64,000 nt of DNA from Clostridia bacterium (GTDB lineage Bacteria > Bacillota > Clostridia > TANB77 > CAG-508): contig JAFXPH010000002.1 of NCBI GenBank assembly GCA_017528085.1, positions 343,898 to 407,897 on the forward strand, written 5' to 3'. The notes under the pieces were generated by a model, which made no database searches, was not told the DNA's origin, and saw only the letters and a program-made list of their open reading frames with translations. Made by a program: the position numbers and the translations under genes. The first letter of the stretch is position 1. Each line of letters starts with the position of its first letter. Positions 29,777-41,500 of the stretch are shown here, piece after piece.

Positions 29777-31585
29777 TTAATTGTTTTGAATTTTCTTCAT
29801 TTCTTCGAATCTTTTTACTTTTTGTGTAGTTGTTTTTATTAATTCTTCGTCTGTAACTATAATATTTTTTACATACTTATATGTTGGCATCTTTTGATTT
29901 ACATCTTCTTTAATTTGTACCCAGATTTTTTCTTTAATCTCCTCTACATCTTCTGTTCCAAAGACATTTTGAGCTAAAGATTTGTCATAAACTATTTTTG
30001 CACTAACTAACAAATCATTTTCATCATCATTGCTTGGTGCTCCATATACCATACATTCTTTAACTCCAGGTATTTTGTTTATTAATGCTTCTATCTCTTC
30101 TGGGAATATGTTTTTACCATTTTTAAGAACTATAACATTTTTCTTTCTACCAGTTAAGAATATATATCCATCTTTATCAAAATATCCTAAATCACCTGTT
30201 AAGAAATATCCGTCTTCTGTAAATACTTCTTTTGTTGCTTCTGGTGCGTTATAGTATCCAAGCATAACTGAATCAGCCTTAACTGCTAATTCACCTATAC
30301 CAAGTTCATTTTTATCTACAATCTTTCCTTCAATACTTGGGAATAATTGTCCAATAGATCCTGGTCTATAGCATGTTTTATGTTCTGCTGCAATAACTGG
30401 AGATGTTTCTGTTAGGCCATAACCTTGATATATTTCTATACCAAAATCACTAAATCCTTTTTCAACTTCAGGATCAAATGCAGCTCCACCCATAACACAT
30501 AATCTTAGTTTTCCACCAAAATTATCTAGTATATCTTTAAATAGTGTTCTTCTTACATCAATTCCAACTTTTGCTAGAATTTTTCCTATGATACGTCCCA
30601 TCTTAACTTTAGAAGCTTTTCCTTGTTTTTCTATACCTTGAATTACTCTTTTATAAACGGCTTCAAAAAGAGCTGGAACGGATATCATACATGTTATTTG
30701 ATATTCTTTAATATTTTCAGCTATGTGTCTTAATCCTTCACTAAAAGTAATACATCCACCTGTTGAGAATGGATATATAAATCCAACTGAACACTCAAAT
30801 GTATGATGAAGTGGTAAGAATGATAAGAACACATCATTTTCATTACAATCAAATACAGATGTAATATCATAAATATTAGTTAAAATATTTTTTTGTGACA
30901 AAACAACAGCTTTTGATTGTGAAGTTGTTCCAGATGTAAATAGCATAATTCCCATTTCTTCTGGATTAATCTCAGCTTCAATAAACTGTTTTGCTCCATT
31001 TTTTAGAAGACTTTTTCCTAGTTCTTCTACTTCTTTAAATGATTTAACATCATCATTTGATTTTTCTTCATCCATTGAGATATAAATCTTTATTTTTCCG
31101 ATATGTTCGTTTCTTACTTTTTCCATTATTGCATCATAATGTTTTGAATAAACAATAGCTTCACATTCTGATCTTTCTATTAAACTTAATAGTTCTTCTT
31201 CTGGAAGTGATTTGTCAAATGGTACAATAATTCCTGTTCCACCAACAACTGCTAAATATGTTTCTTGCCATTCATATCTATTTTCACTTATAACTGCAAT
31301 TCTCTTATCTTTTAATCCTAAACTAATTAAAGCTGTACCTAAAGCATATATTTTGTCTATATATTCACTATATAGCATATCTTCAAATACACCTTTTTCT
31401 TTAGTTTTAAATCTAAAAGCAGGTCTATTACTATACTTATCCCTTGTATTATTAATTAACTCTTTAAAATCTTTAAACTTTTTTGCTTCGTATAAAGGTT
31501 TACAGCCTGTATAAACTTTCCCGTCCATTATTATCTCCTTAATAAAAACTACAAGTATTATAATATTTATCAATGTTTTTTGCAA
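29777..31585 (-). CDS. AMP-dependent synthetase/ligase (long-chain acyl-CoA ligase-like)
   Basis: AMP-binding motif LFTSGTTSQSKAV, with the YGLTE and GYY..P motifs. Confidence 0.85.
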   Translation of the reverse strand: MQKTLINIIILVVFIKEIIMDGKVYTGCKPLYEAKKFKDFKELINNTRDKYSNRPAFRFKTKEKGVFEDMLYSEYIDKIYALGTALISLGLKDKRIAVISENRYEWQETYLAVVGGTGIIVPFDKSLPEEELLSLIERSECEAIVYSKHYDAIMEKVRNEHIGKIKIYISMDEEKSNDDVKSFKEVEELGKSLLKNGAKQFIEAEINPEEMGIMLFTSGTTSQSKAVVLSQKNILTNIYDITSVFDCNENDVFLSFLPLHHTFECSVGFIYPFSTGGCITFSEGLRHIAENIKEYQITCMISVPALFEAVYKRVIQGIEKQGKASKVKMGRIIGKILAKVGIDVRRTLFKDILDNFGGKLRLCVMGGAAFDPEVEKGFSDFGIEIYQGYGLTETSPVIAAEHKTCYRPGSIGQLFPSIEGKIVDKNELGIGELAVKADSVMLGYYNAPEATKEVFTEDGYFLTGDLGYFDKDGYIFLTGRKKNVIVLKNGKNIFPEEIEALINKIPGVKECMVYGAPSNDDENDLLVSAKIVYDKSLAQNVFGTEDVEEIKEKIWVQIKEDVNQKMPTYKYVKNIIVTDEELIKTTTQKVKRFEEMKKIQNN

Positions 31586-31602
31586 CTTTTTTTATGTTTT
31601 AA

Positions 31603-31638
31603 ATAATTAAAAGAAGATGACTTTTTAGTCATCCTCTT
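31603..31638 (-). terminator. hairpin plus T-rich run at the 3' end of the giant surface protein gene
   Basis: AAGAAGATGACT..AGTCATCCTCTT stem with one mismatch. Confidence 0.45.
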
Positions 31639-34600
31639 TTAGTATTTATATTCATCATTTTTCTTATAGAAATACAGTGAAATTCCAACGAGTAATACTA
31701 TTAATCCAATTATTCCCACTTTTCTTGGACTTCCTGATTTAGGAATTGATGATTCACTAGTTCCAACAGGAACATCTAAAACTTTAGATGTATCAGTATT
31801 CTTAGGAACTAATATCGTCTTATCTTGTCCTTTTACTGGATTTAAATTATTATTACTACTTTGTTCTTCTCTTGGCACATCCATTTGTGGGTTTTCCTCT
31901 GAAGTACCAGTATTTACAGGTTCATTATTATCAATTTGTCCTACTGGTTCGTTATGTACTTCTACTACATCATCCTGATTATCAACTACATTATTTACTA
32001 CTGTATTTGTTGCATTTGTTGTATTTGTTGTATTAGTTGTATTTGTAGTATTTGTTACTTCTTCAGTCAATGTTGTATTTACTACATCATTCACTATATC
32101 AATTTGTCCTGTAGGTTTAATAATATTTCCATCTTCATCTACAAAGTTACCATCATTATCTATCAAATTTCCATCGTCATCATATAGAGCAATCTTAAAT
32201 GGTGCGTACTCTGAATATCTTTCATTTCCTGCTCTATCTACAACATAAGTTTGAGCAAAATATCTTTTATATAATTCTAAATTATCAAATCGTAAGCTAT
32301 CTTGCCATGGAGTAGAATTATTTTGTTCATCTATAATTCTGTATTTAGTAAATTTCTCATCTATACCACTTAATTCATCAATTTGATTTAGAGTAACATC
32401 TATACAGTCTTGATTATTCTCTACAATTTGAACTGATGGAGCTGTATTTGTTGGTGGTTCTTTATCTATATTATTTACAATTAAAAGAACTTCTGGGCTA
32501 TAGAAATAGCCATCTGTATATCTTGCATATACTTTGTCACCATACTCAGTTGCTACTTGTCTATCAGTGTCTTCCCACTCTCCATCATTTAATTTTGTTT
32601 GAACAAAATAGTTTTCAAGTTGAGAAGAAATAACAGTAACATCTCCATTAGTCCATCTATCTCCAACCGTTGTTGATAAAGTTGGAGGATCATCTAAGTC
32701 AAATAATGTTTCATCCGGTGTTGGATATAAATGTTGGATATTATTAATAATTATAGATATTGGTTCTCCATAATTATAACCATCTGTTAGTCTTGCATAA
32801 ACTACTCCATTATTCTCTAAAGTTTGTCTATCAATATCTACATATTTTTTACCATTAGTACTTGTTTGAATATCAAAATCACTATCTGTACTTGCAATTA
32901 CTGTTACATTTAAGAATGTAGTTACATCTAATGGTACATCTGGAGTAAGAATTATTGCTTCTTCTCCACTTGGAATAGTAAGCATAGTTACCTCTGTAAC
33001 TTCTGAATAAGCTTCATTTCCTGCTCTATCTTTTGCATATGTTTGTATGTAATAAGTTTCACCTTGTTTTAATCTATCAAATACTGGATTTGATTGCCAT
33101 GATCCTGAATTTCCATCCACATCAGTTAATCTATATAATTTTGTTTCAATACCGCTTTCGTTATCTACTTGTTTTATACCAGAATAGATATATCTTGTAG
33201 TTACTTTACTTGCTACTGGAGCAGTATTTGTAGGTGGAACTTTATCAATTTTATTTACCATAACAGATGTTGGTTCACCATATTCATATCCATCTGTTAA
33301 TCTTGCATAAACTTGAATATTGTCGTCTACTTCAACTTCTGTAACATTAGTATAGTTTGTTCCATCTATACTCATTTGAATATCGTAAATATTCTCTTTT
33401 ACTTTTTTAGCAGTAACTATCTTATTTTGATTTGTCCAATTTGGATTATTTACTGAAAGTGATAAAGCTTCTGATGCTTTTGGAATTGGTTCTGACTTAT
33501 CTAGTAAGAACTCATTTCTTTCACTTACTTGTTCATTTCCTGCATTATCAGTTGCCTTTGTCCAAATATAATATGTTGAATGGTTTATTAATCCTTCAAG
33601 TGATATTGTATCTACTGATTCCATCCATTCAACAGTTGATGGTAATGTATCATCTGTTGAGATGTAGAAATATTGTTTATTTATGCCACTTCCTCCAGAT
33701 TCATCTTTTTGATTACATTTTAATGTTGCCTTTTTAGATTCCATCTGTGTTACTGTTGGCATATCAGTTGAAGGTTTTTGCTTATCAATCTTTGTAACAG
33801 TAATATTTGTTGAAGTTCCAAATGCTCCATTATATGAATATCTTGCATATACTTTTCCATTTTCAGGAACACTTATTTGAGTTCTATCAGTATATGATGT
33901 TCCATCAAGACTCATTTGAATTACATATTTTGGATCTTCACCTGAAGCTGCTGTTACTACTTTATTTCTATTTGTCCAGTCAGGATTATCAACTGTAAGT
34001 GTTATGCTTGTTCCTGCAGGTATTGGATCTGGAGTAGGTGTACTAGTTTTAAAGTTATTTGAAGCACTTACTTGTTCATTTCCTGCATTATCTATTACTC
34101 TTGTCCATACATAATATGTTTTTGATTCAGTAAGTCCTGTAAATTCAAGAGTTGTTCCCGTTCCTTTTACCCAAGATGGATTACTTGGAAGACTACTTCC
34201 TTCTTGCATATAGAAATAGTATTCTTTTATTCCACTTCCACCTGAATTATCTGTTTGATTAGCCTTCACAGTTGCCTTATTTGTTGTAATATTGCTTACA
34301 GTTGGTTTATCTGTTGAAGGTTTTACTTTATCTATTTTAGTAACATCAATATATGTTGATGTTCCATATTCTCCGTTATATGCAAGCCTTGCATATACTC
34401 TTGTATTTTGGTCTACTGCTAAAGTTGTTCTATTTGAATAATTTGTTCCGTCTGAACTCATTTGAACAGTATATTTAGAATCTGCAGATGACACAGCAGT
34501 TACTGTTTTATTAGAATTTGTCCAATTTGGATTATCTACACTTAAAGTAATTGCATCGCTTCCGCTTGGAATTGGATTTGATGGCTCAGCAGATGTTTTA

Positions 34601-37600
34601 ACTGTAGCTCTACTTGATACTGTTTCATTTCCTGCTTTATCTTTTACTTTTGTCCAGAAATAATAATTTGTATTTGATTCTAATGAGCTAAATGTATATG
34701 TTTTATTTGTGTTTGTTACCCAACTTGGATTACTTGGTATTGTATTTGATTTTGATGCAAAGAAACTATATGTACCATTTAATCCGGAAGCAGCATCTGT
34801 TTGTTCACACCTAATAGTAACTGAATTATATGTGCTTTCTGTTATTGTAGGTGCACTATTTGTTGGTGCTACTTTATCTATTTTAGTAACATCAATAGAT
34901 GTTGGTGATCCATATTCTCCGTTATATGCAAGTCTTGCATATACTGTTGAATTTTGTGCTACACTTAATGTTGTTCTATTTGAATAGTTTGTTCCATCTG
35001 AACTCATTTGAACAGTATATTTAGAATCTGCAGATGAAACTGCTGTTACTGTTTTATTAGAATTTGTCCAATTTGGATTATCTACACTTAAAGTAATTGC
35101 ATCGCTTCCACTTGGAATTGGATTTGATGGCTCAGCAGATGTTTTAACAAAAGCTCTACTTGATACTGTTTCATTTCCTGCTTTATCTTTTACTTTTGTC
35201 CAGAAATAATAATTTGTATTTGATTCTAATGAGCTAAATGTATATGTTTTATTTGAGTTTGTTACCCAACTTGGATTACTTGGAATAGAGTTTGACTTTG
35301 ATGCATAAAAACTATATGGACTATCTAATCCAGAAGCAGCATCTGTTTGCTCACATCTAATAGTAACTGAATTATATGTACTAGATGTTATTGTAGGTGC
35401 ATTATTTGTTGGTGCAACCCTATCAAAACAACTTACTGTGTATGAATATGTACCTTCATTATCATAAGTATCAGTTGCGCTAAATCTATATGTTCCATTA
35501 TCACTTACATTATATGAATAAACACTTCCTGAGTGAGTTGTAACCTCCGTTTTTGTTCCTCCTGGTGGTGTTACATATACTTTTTTGACTCCTGAAGAAT
35601 CTGTTACATTAACTTTAAGTGTTCTAGATGAAGCATTAGTATATGATGTATCAAAAGAATTTAAAGTAATCGTTGGTCCTGTTGTATCTGAAGGTGTTGT
35701 TTCTAACACTAGTTCTGAAGAAGGTCCTACATTTCCAAGTGTATCAATGCATCTAAAGTATATTTTACTTTGTCCAGTCTTATTGATGTTTAAATATAGA
35801 TTTCCATTTCTTGGAAGAGAACCTGATCTTATACTTACATCACTTCCAGAACTTGTTATATCTTTAAAACTTGAATTATTATAAGAGTATTCTATAGTTC
35901 CTACCTGTGATTTTTCATCAGAAATATGAATATTTACTGTATAAAGACTACTACTGTTAGTTAAACTATCATAAGTAGGTGCTATTGGTCCTTCATTATC
36001 TATTCTTGAAACTGTATAGTTTAAACCAGCTGTATATCCACTTTTGTTTTTTGCTTCAAAAGTATATTTACCATTTTCTTTAGCTATATATGTGTAAACA
36101 TTACTACTATTAATAGTAAGATTTGTTGTATTACCATCTGGATCTGTAACTTTAAAATACTCTAATCCTCTAGAATCATGTGGAATTACATTTAATGTGA
36201 TTGTTAATGTTCTAGCAGTTCCAGAACTTGGACTAGAAGAAAGACTTATTTCTGGAGTGCCTACTGTTCCTGGATCAGGATCATCTCCACCTCCACCAGA
36301 AAGGCCATTTACTGTAAAGCCAGCTCCTCTTGAATTTCCAGCATTATCTTCTGCATAGATATAATATGTTCCATTTTCTGTAACATAATAAATGTAATTT
36401 CCTTGCTCATCTGGTACCATATTGTCTTGAATAATATTTGTTTTATCATTTTTTGCTAAATAAACTCTTCTTATTCCTGAATCTGCATCATATGCAGTTC
36501 CTATACCTTGTTTTGGTGTAGTAGCATCTGCAGCAGTTGGTATAATATTTGTAACTACTGGTGGTGTTGTGTCTTGTTTTTCCCATACAGCTGTTAAGAC
36601 TACTGGACCTGTTACACCACTTCCTCTTGGAGAAAGTGATGGCTCAGGACCATTAGCACCATTCCATCCAAGGAATCTATATCCACTTCTAGTTATTGAT
36701 CCAATAGTAAATGTATTATTTGTATTATATGTTTGATTTAATGAAGTGTACTTACCATAAGTTAAATTATAAATAATATTATATGTTGAAGGTAGTGTCC
36801 AATATTTATATAACATATCTACGGCAACGGCACGAGATATTTGACTAGTAGGTCCATACGTTGAACCCGTATCTGTAATAATACCTTTTGAATAACACCA
36901 ACAAATTGCTTTATAAAACCAATCTGAGCTTGTAACATCAGTATATGGTAATGATATTGATGAAACTTGAGGTGAATCTGCTAATCTATATATCATTGTT
37001 GCATATTCAGCTTTTGTGCATGCTCTTTCTGGTTCAAATGTTCCAGAAGGATTCCCTTCTACTATATGTTTTTTTTCTAAAGCCCATTTAATGGCATTTG
37101 CATAGTAGCTAGTTCTAGGTACATCGCTAAAAGCATATAAATTATTTTCATAATCTACATTATCTCGTCCTCTAAATAAGACTCCATCTAGATTATATGA
37201 TCTATATATAATCTCTACAGCATCTCCTCTTTTTATTGAATTATTTGGAGAAAATGTATTTGATGTTGTTCCATTTACTATTCCATTTTTTAATGCCCAA
37301 TCAACAGCATTATAATATTGATTTGACATTGGCACATCAGTAAATGTTCTCATGACATTCATATTTATAAAATAAGATCTAACTGTATTCTCTCCAAAAG
37401 ATAATGGACATTTATTATTTTTACTAGAATTAGTTGAAGTAGAAGTACAATTTTGATATACACAATCGTAAGCCCTAAATCCTCCAAAATCAAACATATT
37501 GTTTTCAGCTTTACAGTTATTCACAACAAATCTATCACTTGTTTCTGTAGCTACATAATCTTCTGGAGAATAGTATCCTTGATGTTCAAAAAAGAACCCA

Positions 37601-38448
37601 TATTTATAATTATCATTAGCTTCACAATTATCAATATATATAGATTCTTCATTTACATAACCTGTTCCTATTCCAAATCCTGACGCTCCTTTAGCATTTT
37701 CTCCTCCTCCGTTAGTAGCTTTATCTGCTTCTCTTCCACAACCAATCGCTTTACAGTTTGTAATTGTGCATTCAATAGGACAATCCATACCAAATCCTGT
37801 TGCAATTGTATCTTTAACAATAACATTATCCCAATCGCAGTATTTAAAAAGATTAATCATAAATCCTTTTCCCGCAGAATTATACACATCACAACTAGCC
37901 TCTTTTCCATCAATTACGAAAGAAGAAAAATCTGCATTTACTAAATATTTATATTTTCCACCTTCCATTATTCTTTCACGAACACTATTATAATAGAATA
38001 AGTCTAAACCTTGCTCGACTTTTCCATAAGGTTTTAGAATGGTATTTTCACCTTTTCCAATAATTTTTACATTATTTTTTGGAGCAAGACAATATCCAAA
38101 TGGTTCATATTTTCCAGTTTTAGCATTATAAGCATAATCAGCCATATTAAAGTAAAATGTTCCTGCAGGTAGATATATTTCTCCTCCGCCACTATTACTT
38201 ACTGTATCAATTAGTCCTTGTAAATATACTCTATTAGCTTTCATTATAGCTTCAGTTTTTCCAGTCTTAAGTCCAGTTGCAGAAACTGTTAAGCCATTGA
38301 AATCACTGAATTCTCCGGCATAATAATGTTTAGTTTTATGACCAACAAATAAACAGCACAAAGTAGCTATTATAATCATAATAGCTACCCAACCTCTAAT
38401 ATTTAGTTTCTTTTTTCTCTTCACATATGTTTGATCTGTATAAATCAT
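31639..38448 (-). CDS. giant cell-wall-anchored surface protein (2269 aa)
   Basis: Domain order: signal anchor; right-handed beta-helix (PbH1 repeats, NCKA.. type); three SLH-like domains; a Listeria-Bacteroides-type repeat; at least six Ig/FN3-like modules of about 180 aa; a Thr/Asn-rich stalk; then IPKSG plus a hydrophobic stretch plus KK, which is a sortase-type signal. Confidence 0.8.
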   Translation of the reverse strand: MIYTDQTYVKRKKKLNIRGWVAIMIIIATLCCLFVGHKTKHYYAGEFSDFNGLTVSATGLKTGKTEAIMKANRVYLQGLIDTVSNSGGGEIYLPAGTFYFNMADYAYNAKTGKYEPFGYCLAPKNNVKIIGKGENTILKPYGKVEQGLDLFYYNSVRERIMEGGKYKYLVNADFSSFVIDGKEASCDVYNSAGKGFMINLFKYCDWDNVIVKDTIATGFGMDCPIECTITNCKAIGCGREADKATNGGGENAKGASGFGIGTGYVNEESIYIDNCEANDNYKYGFFFEHQGYYSPEDYVATETSDRFVVNNCKAENNMFDFGGFRAYDCVYQNCTSTSTNSSKNNKCPLSFGENTVRSYFINMNVMRTFTDVPMSNQYYNAVDWALKNGIVNGTTSNTFSPNNSIKRGDAVEIIYRSYNLDGVLFRGRDNVDYENNLYAFSDVPRTSYYANAIKWALEKKHIVEGNPSGTFEPERACTKAEYATMIYRLADSPQVSSISLPYTDVTSSDWFYKAICWCYSKGIITDTGSTYGPTSQISRAVAVDMLYKYWTLPSTYNIIYNLTYGKYTSLNQTYNTNNTFTIGSITRSGYRFLGWNGANGPEPSLSPRGSGVTGPVVLTAVWEKQDTTPPVVTNIIPTAADATTPKQGIGTAYDADSGIRRVYLAKNDKTNIIQDNMVPDEQGNYIYYVTENGTYYIYAEDNAGNSRGAGFTVNGLSGGGGDDPDPGTVGTPEISLSSSPSSGTARTLTITLNVIPHDSRGLEYFKVTDPDGNTTNLTINSSNVYTYIAKENGKYTFEAKNKSGYTAGLNYTVSRIDNEGPIAPTYDSLTNSSSLYTVNIHISDEKSQVGTIEYSYNNSSFKDITSSGSDVSIRSGSLPRNGNLYLNINKTGQSKIYFRCIDTLGNVGPSSELVLETTPSDTTGPTITLNSFDTSYTNASSRTLKVNVTDSSGVKKVYVTPPGGTKTEVTTHSGSVYSYNVSDNGTYRFSATDTYDNEGTYSYTVSCFDRVAPTNNAPTITSSTYNSVTIRCEQTDAASGLDSPYSFYASKSNSIPSNPSWVTNSNKTYTFSSLESNTNYYFWTKVKDKAGNETVSSRAFVKTSAEPSNPIPSGSDAITLSVDNPNWTNSNKTVTAVSSADSKYTVQMSSDGTNYSNRTTLSVAQNSTVYARLAYNGEYGSPTSIDVTKIDKVAPTNSAPTITESTYNSVTIRCEQTDAASGLNGTYSFFASKSNTIPSNPSWVTNTNKTYTFSSLESNTNYYFWTKVKDKAGNETVSSRATVKTSAEPSNPIPSGSDAITLSVDNPNWTNSNKTVTAVSSADSKYTVQMSSDGTNYSNRTTLAVDQNTRVYARLAYNGEYGTSTYIDVTKIDKVKPSTDKPTVSNITTNKATVKANQTDNSGGSGIKEYYFYMQEGSSLPSNPSWVKGTGTTLEFTGLTESKTYYVWTRVIDNAGNEQVSASNNFKTSTPTPDPIPAGTSITLTVDNPDWTNRNKVVTAASGEDPKYVIQMSLDGTSYTDRTQISVPENGKVYARYSYNGAFGTSTNITVTKIDKQKPSTDMPTVTQMESKKATLKCNQKDESGGSGINKQYFYISTDDTLPSTVEWMESVDTISLEGLINHSTYYIWTKATDNAGNEQVSERNEFLLDKSEPIPKASEALSLSVNNPNWTNQNKIVTAKKVKENIYDIQMSIDGTNYTNVTEVEVDDNIQVYARLTDGYEYGEPTSVMVNKIDKVPPTNTAPVASKVTTRYIYSGIKQVDNESGIETKLYRLTDVDGNSGSWQSNPVFDRLKQGETYYIQTYAKDRAGNEAYSEVTEVTMLTIPSGEEAIILTPDVPLDVTTFLNVTVIASTDSDFDIQTSTNGKKYVDIDRQTLENNGVVYARLTDGYNYGEPISIIINNIQHLYPTPDETLFDLDDPPTLSTTVGDRWTNGDVTVISSQLENYFVQTKLNDGEWEDTDRQVATEYGDKVYARYTDGYFYSPEVLLIVNNIDKEPPTNTAPSVQIVENNQDCIDVTLNQIDELSGIDEKFTKYRIIDEQNNSTPWQDSLRFDNLELYKRYFAQTYVVDRAGNERYSEYAPFKIALYDDDGNLIDNDGNFVDEDGNIIKPTGQIDIVNDVVNTTLTEEVTNTTNTTNTTNTTNATNTVVNNVVDNQDDVVEVHNEPVGQIDNNEPVNTGTSEENPQMDVPREEQSSNNNLNPVKGQDKTILVPKNTDTSKVLDVPVGTSESSIPKSGSPRKVGIIGLIVLLVGISLYFYKKNDEYKY
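34325..35416. repeat. two near-identical tandem copies of a 546-bp (182-aa) unit inside the giant gene
   Basis: Direct comparison of 34325-34870 with 34871-35416 shows only scattered mismatches. Older, more diverged copies flank the pair. Confidence 0.8.
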
Positions 38449-38476
38449 AAAACAATCCCTCGTTATATATGCACAT

Positions 38477-38503
38477 AGATAGTAGTATGCAATACTACTA
38501 TCT
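38477..38503. promoter_or_regulatory. perfect 12-bp inverted repeat (AGATAGTAGTAT gca ATACTACTATCT) in the 65-bp spacer between the two giant genes
   Basis: Seen directly. No T-run follows it. Confidence 0.4.
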
Positions 38504-38513
38504 ACGAAATTCT

Positions 38514-41500
38514 TTAAACATCTTCTAAATCTTTATTTCTCTTTACAAAGTATAGAGAAATTCCGATTAACAATAATGCTACACCAAATATTCCAACATT
38601 TGAATCTTTACCAGTTTTTGGCATATTTGAATTTGCTTCTGTGTTATTAATTATATTAGTTATATTTGTTATTGATGTATTTGTTGTAGTGTTTGTTGTT
38701 GTATTAGTTTTCTTTACGGCTCCTACTGCTGAATTTGATTTAGGAACTAACACAACTACATTGTTGTTGTTATTCTCTTCAATTACTTGTGTATCATTAT
38801 TTTGTTGTTCTGTTTGAGTTGTCTCTTCTGTTTTCTTAACTTCACCAACCTCATCAAGATTTGGTGCTGGTTCAGGTTCAATTACTGGCTCAGGTGTTGG
38901 TTCTTGTTGTTCATTATTATTGTTATTTGGTTCTGGATCTTGATTTACTGGATCTTCAGTTAATTCTGAACCAGAGTTTGGATTTACCTGATTATTAGTT
39001 TCATTTGGATCAATATCCTCTGAAATGCTTGTACCAATTTCTGAACCATTGTTGTCTGTATTACCATTTCCCCCAACTGGTTCATTATTATCTATTCTTA
39101 CAAAGTTTCCATTTTCATCTTGTCTTAGATAATGTCCATCTTTATCTATTATATTTCCATCATCGTCATAAAGGATTACCATGAATGAACCTTCCTCAGA
39201 AATTTGTTCATTTCCTACTAAGTCTATTGCAAGTGTTTGTCCTTTATATACTTTGTATGATTCTATATTTCTAAATATATTATCTGTTTGCCACTCACCG
39301 ATATTTCCATCTGGATCTATTATTCTATATTTAATGTGATCTGTATCTTGTGGTATACCAGATTGATCATCTGTTTGTTGGAATGTAAACATTACTATTG
39401 ATAAATCTTCACCATTTGCTCTTTCAACAATTGAGAATCCAGGTATTTCTGCGTTTGGTGGAGTCTTATCAATATTTGTAACTTGAAATTTTGCTTCCTC
39501 ACTATATGAAGTTCCATCATAATATCTTGCATATACTATGTCATCATTACTTTCAACTGTTTGGAATGCTGTATATTCCCAATCACCATCATTTAATTTT
39601 GTTTGAACCATATAATCTTTTACTCTGTCAACTCTTATTCTAACTGTGTCTCTTGTCCATGTTTCAGGATTAATTGTACAAGTTGGAACTTCTTCTAAAG
39701 TAAACATATCTGGGTCTGGTGTTGGAAGTGGAGCTTGTATATTAGTTACATCTATATAAATTGGTTCTGAATAGTTAACACCATCTGTTAATCTTCCATA
39801 AACCCTTCCATTTGTTTCCATTACTACTGAAGAAACATTTAAGTATTTTTCTCCATTTCTGCTCATTTGGATTGTTAAGTCTGGATCTGAACTTTTAGCA
39901 ACTACTGTTACATTTGTAAATGCCATCTCAGTATTTGGTGTTGATGGTGTAAGTGTTAATACATCTTCTGTATTTGGCAATTTAGCAGTTGTTGCAGAAG
40001 TAAGTTCTGATACCATTTCATTTCCTGCATTATCAACTACTCTAGTTTGTACCTTATATGTTGTATCTTGGTTAAGTTTATTAAATGTTCCATAGCTTTG
40101 CCATGCACCATAGTTTCCATCTGGATCAACTAATCTATATTTTGTTTCTCCTAGATTAATACCACTTAATGTGTCTGTTTGCTTTGATGTAGCAATTATT
40201 GATGCAGATGTTACTTTTGTTATAGCAGGTGCAGTATTTGTAGGTGCAACTTTATCAATATGGTGGCATTCCATTGTTAAAGGCTCACTATAGTTTGTAC
40301 CATCATATAAGCAAGCTTTAATTGTACAAATCTCAGTTGCAACTGCTTGAGTTCTTGGTGAGTAATTAGCACCACCATCTGTACTCATAACTATTGTATA
40401 AGGTGTACCTTCTACTGTTTTAAGAATTTTTGCTGTAACTGTAATATCTTGGTTTGTCCAAACTGATGTTGGTTTATCAGGAATTAATGTTATATATGTA
40501 CTTGTTTTATCTAATGCTTTAGTTGTTACTTTTGTTGTTTTTGATTCTTGTGTATTTCCAGCATTATCTGTTACTTTAGTTTGAATATAATATTCTCCTG
40601 ATGGAATACCTGTAAATGTATCTGATGTTTGATAGTCTTTAAAGACTGTAGTTTCATTACTTAATACTCTATATCTAATAGTAGATTCTTTTATCTTTGA
40701 AGCAGCATCTGTTTGTTTACATGTTACTTTAAATGAAGAAGTTGTAATATCACTAGCTGCTGGTGCTGCATCTGTTGGATTTACTTTATCAATGTTCTTG
40801 ATTTCAATAGTTTCATATCTAGATGAAGCATTTGTTCCATCTGATAATTTTACATATACCCTCTTATTCTCACTAACAGTAATTGTTGTTCTTTGTGTAA
40901 AGTCTGCTGCAGTAGTAGTTTCGCTTAGTAATACTCTCATTCCTGTAGCTGATGTAGAAACTGTTACTTTAACTGTTCCATTTGTCCATGTATCTGCATT
41001 AGGTGTCAAAGTATAAGTTACATTTCCACCTTCACCTATAACTGGATCTGGAACATTTACATAGTCATACTCTAATACTTGAGATTCTGTAGAATAACCA
41101 TAACGATCTGTTGCTTTTGTTTGAACATAGTACTTTTGTCCAGATGTCATTTTTAATTCATTACTTGATTGATATGTACCACTCGTTCCTGCAGCATTTG
41201 TTAATCTATATTGAGTTTTTGATTCATCAACACCACCCATAGCATCTACTTGATTACACTTAAATGTAGCTCCTGTAGCTGTTTTAGCTATAAAAGATGG
41301 TTTAGCATTTGATGGACCAGTAACATCTATGTTTGATACACTATAGTTTCCTACTAAAGTACCCTCTTTCTCAGTTCCGCTTTCTGTGTACTTATATTTA
41401 ACAGTTATTTTATAAGATCCATTTTCTGTTACATCTTTAGTATGATCCTTATTTGTAGATGATGTGTAAACAACATCAGTACCTCTAGCAATCTCAACAC

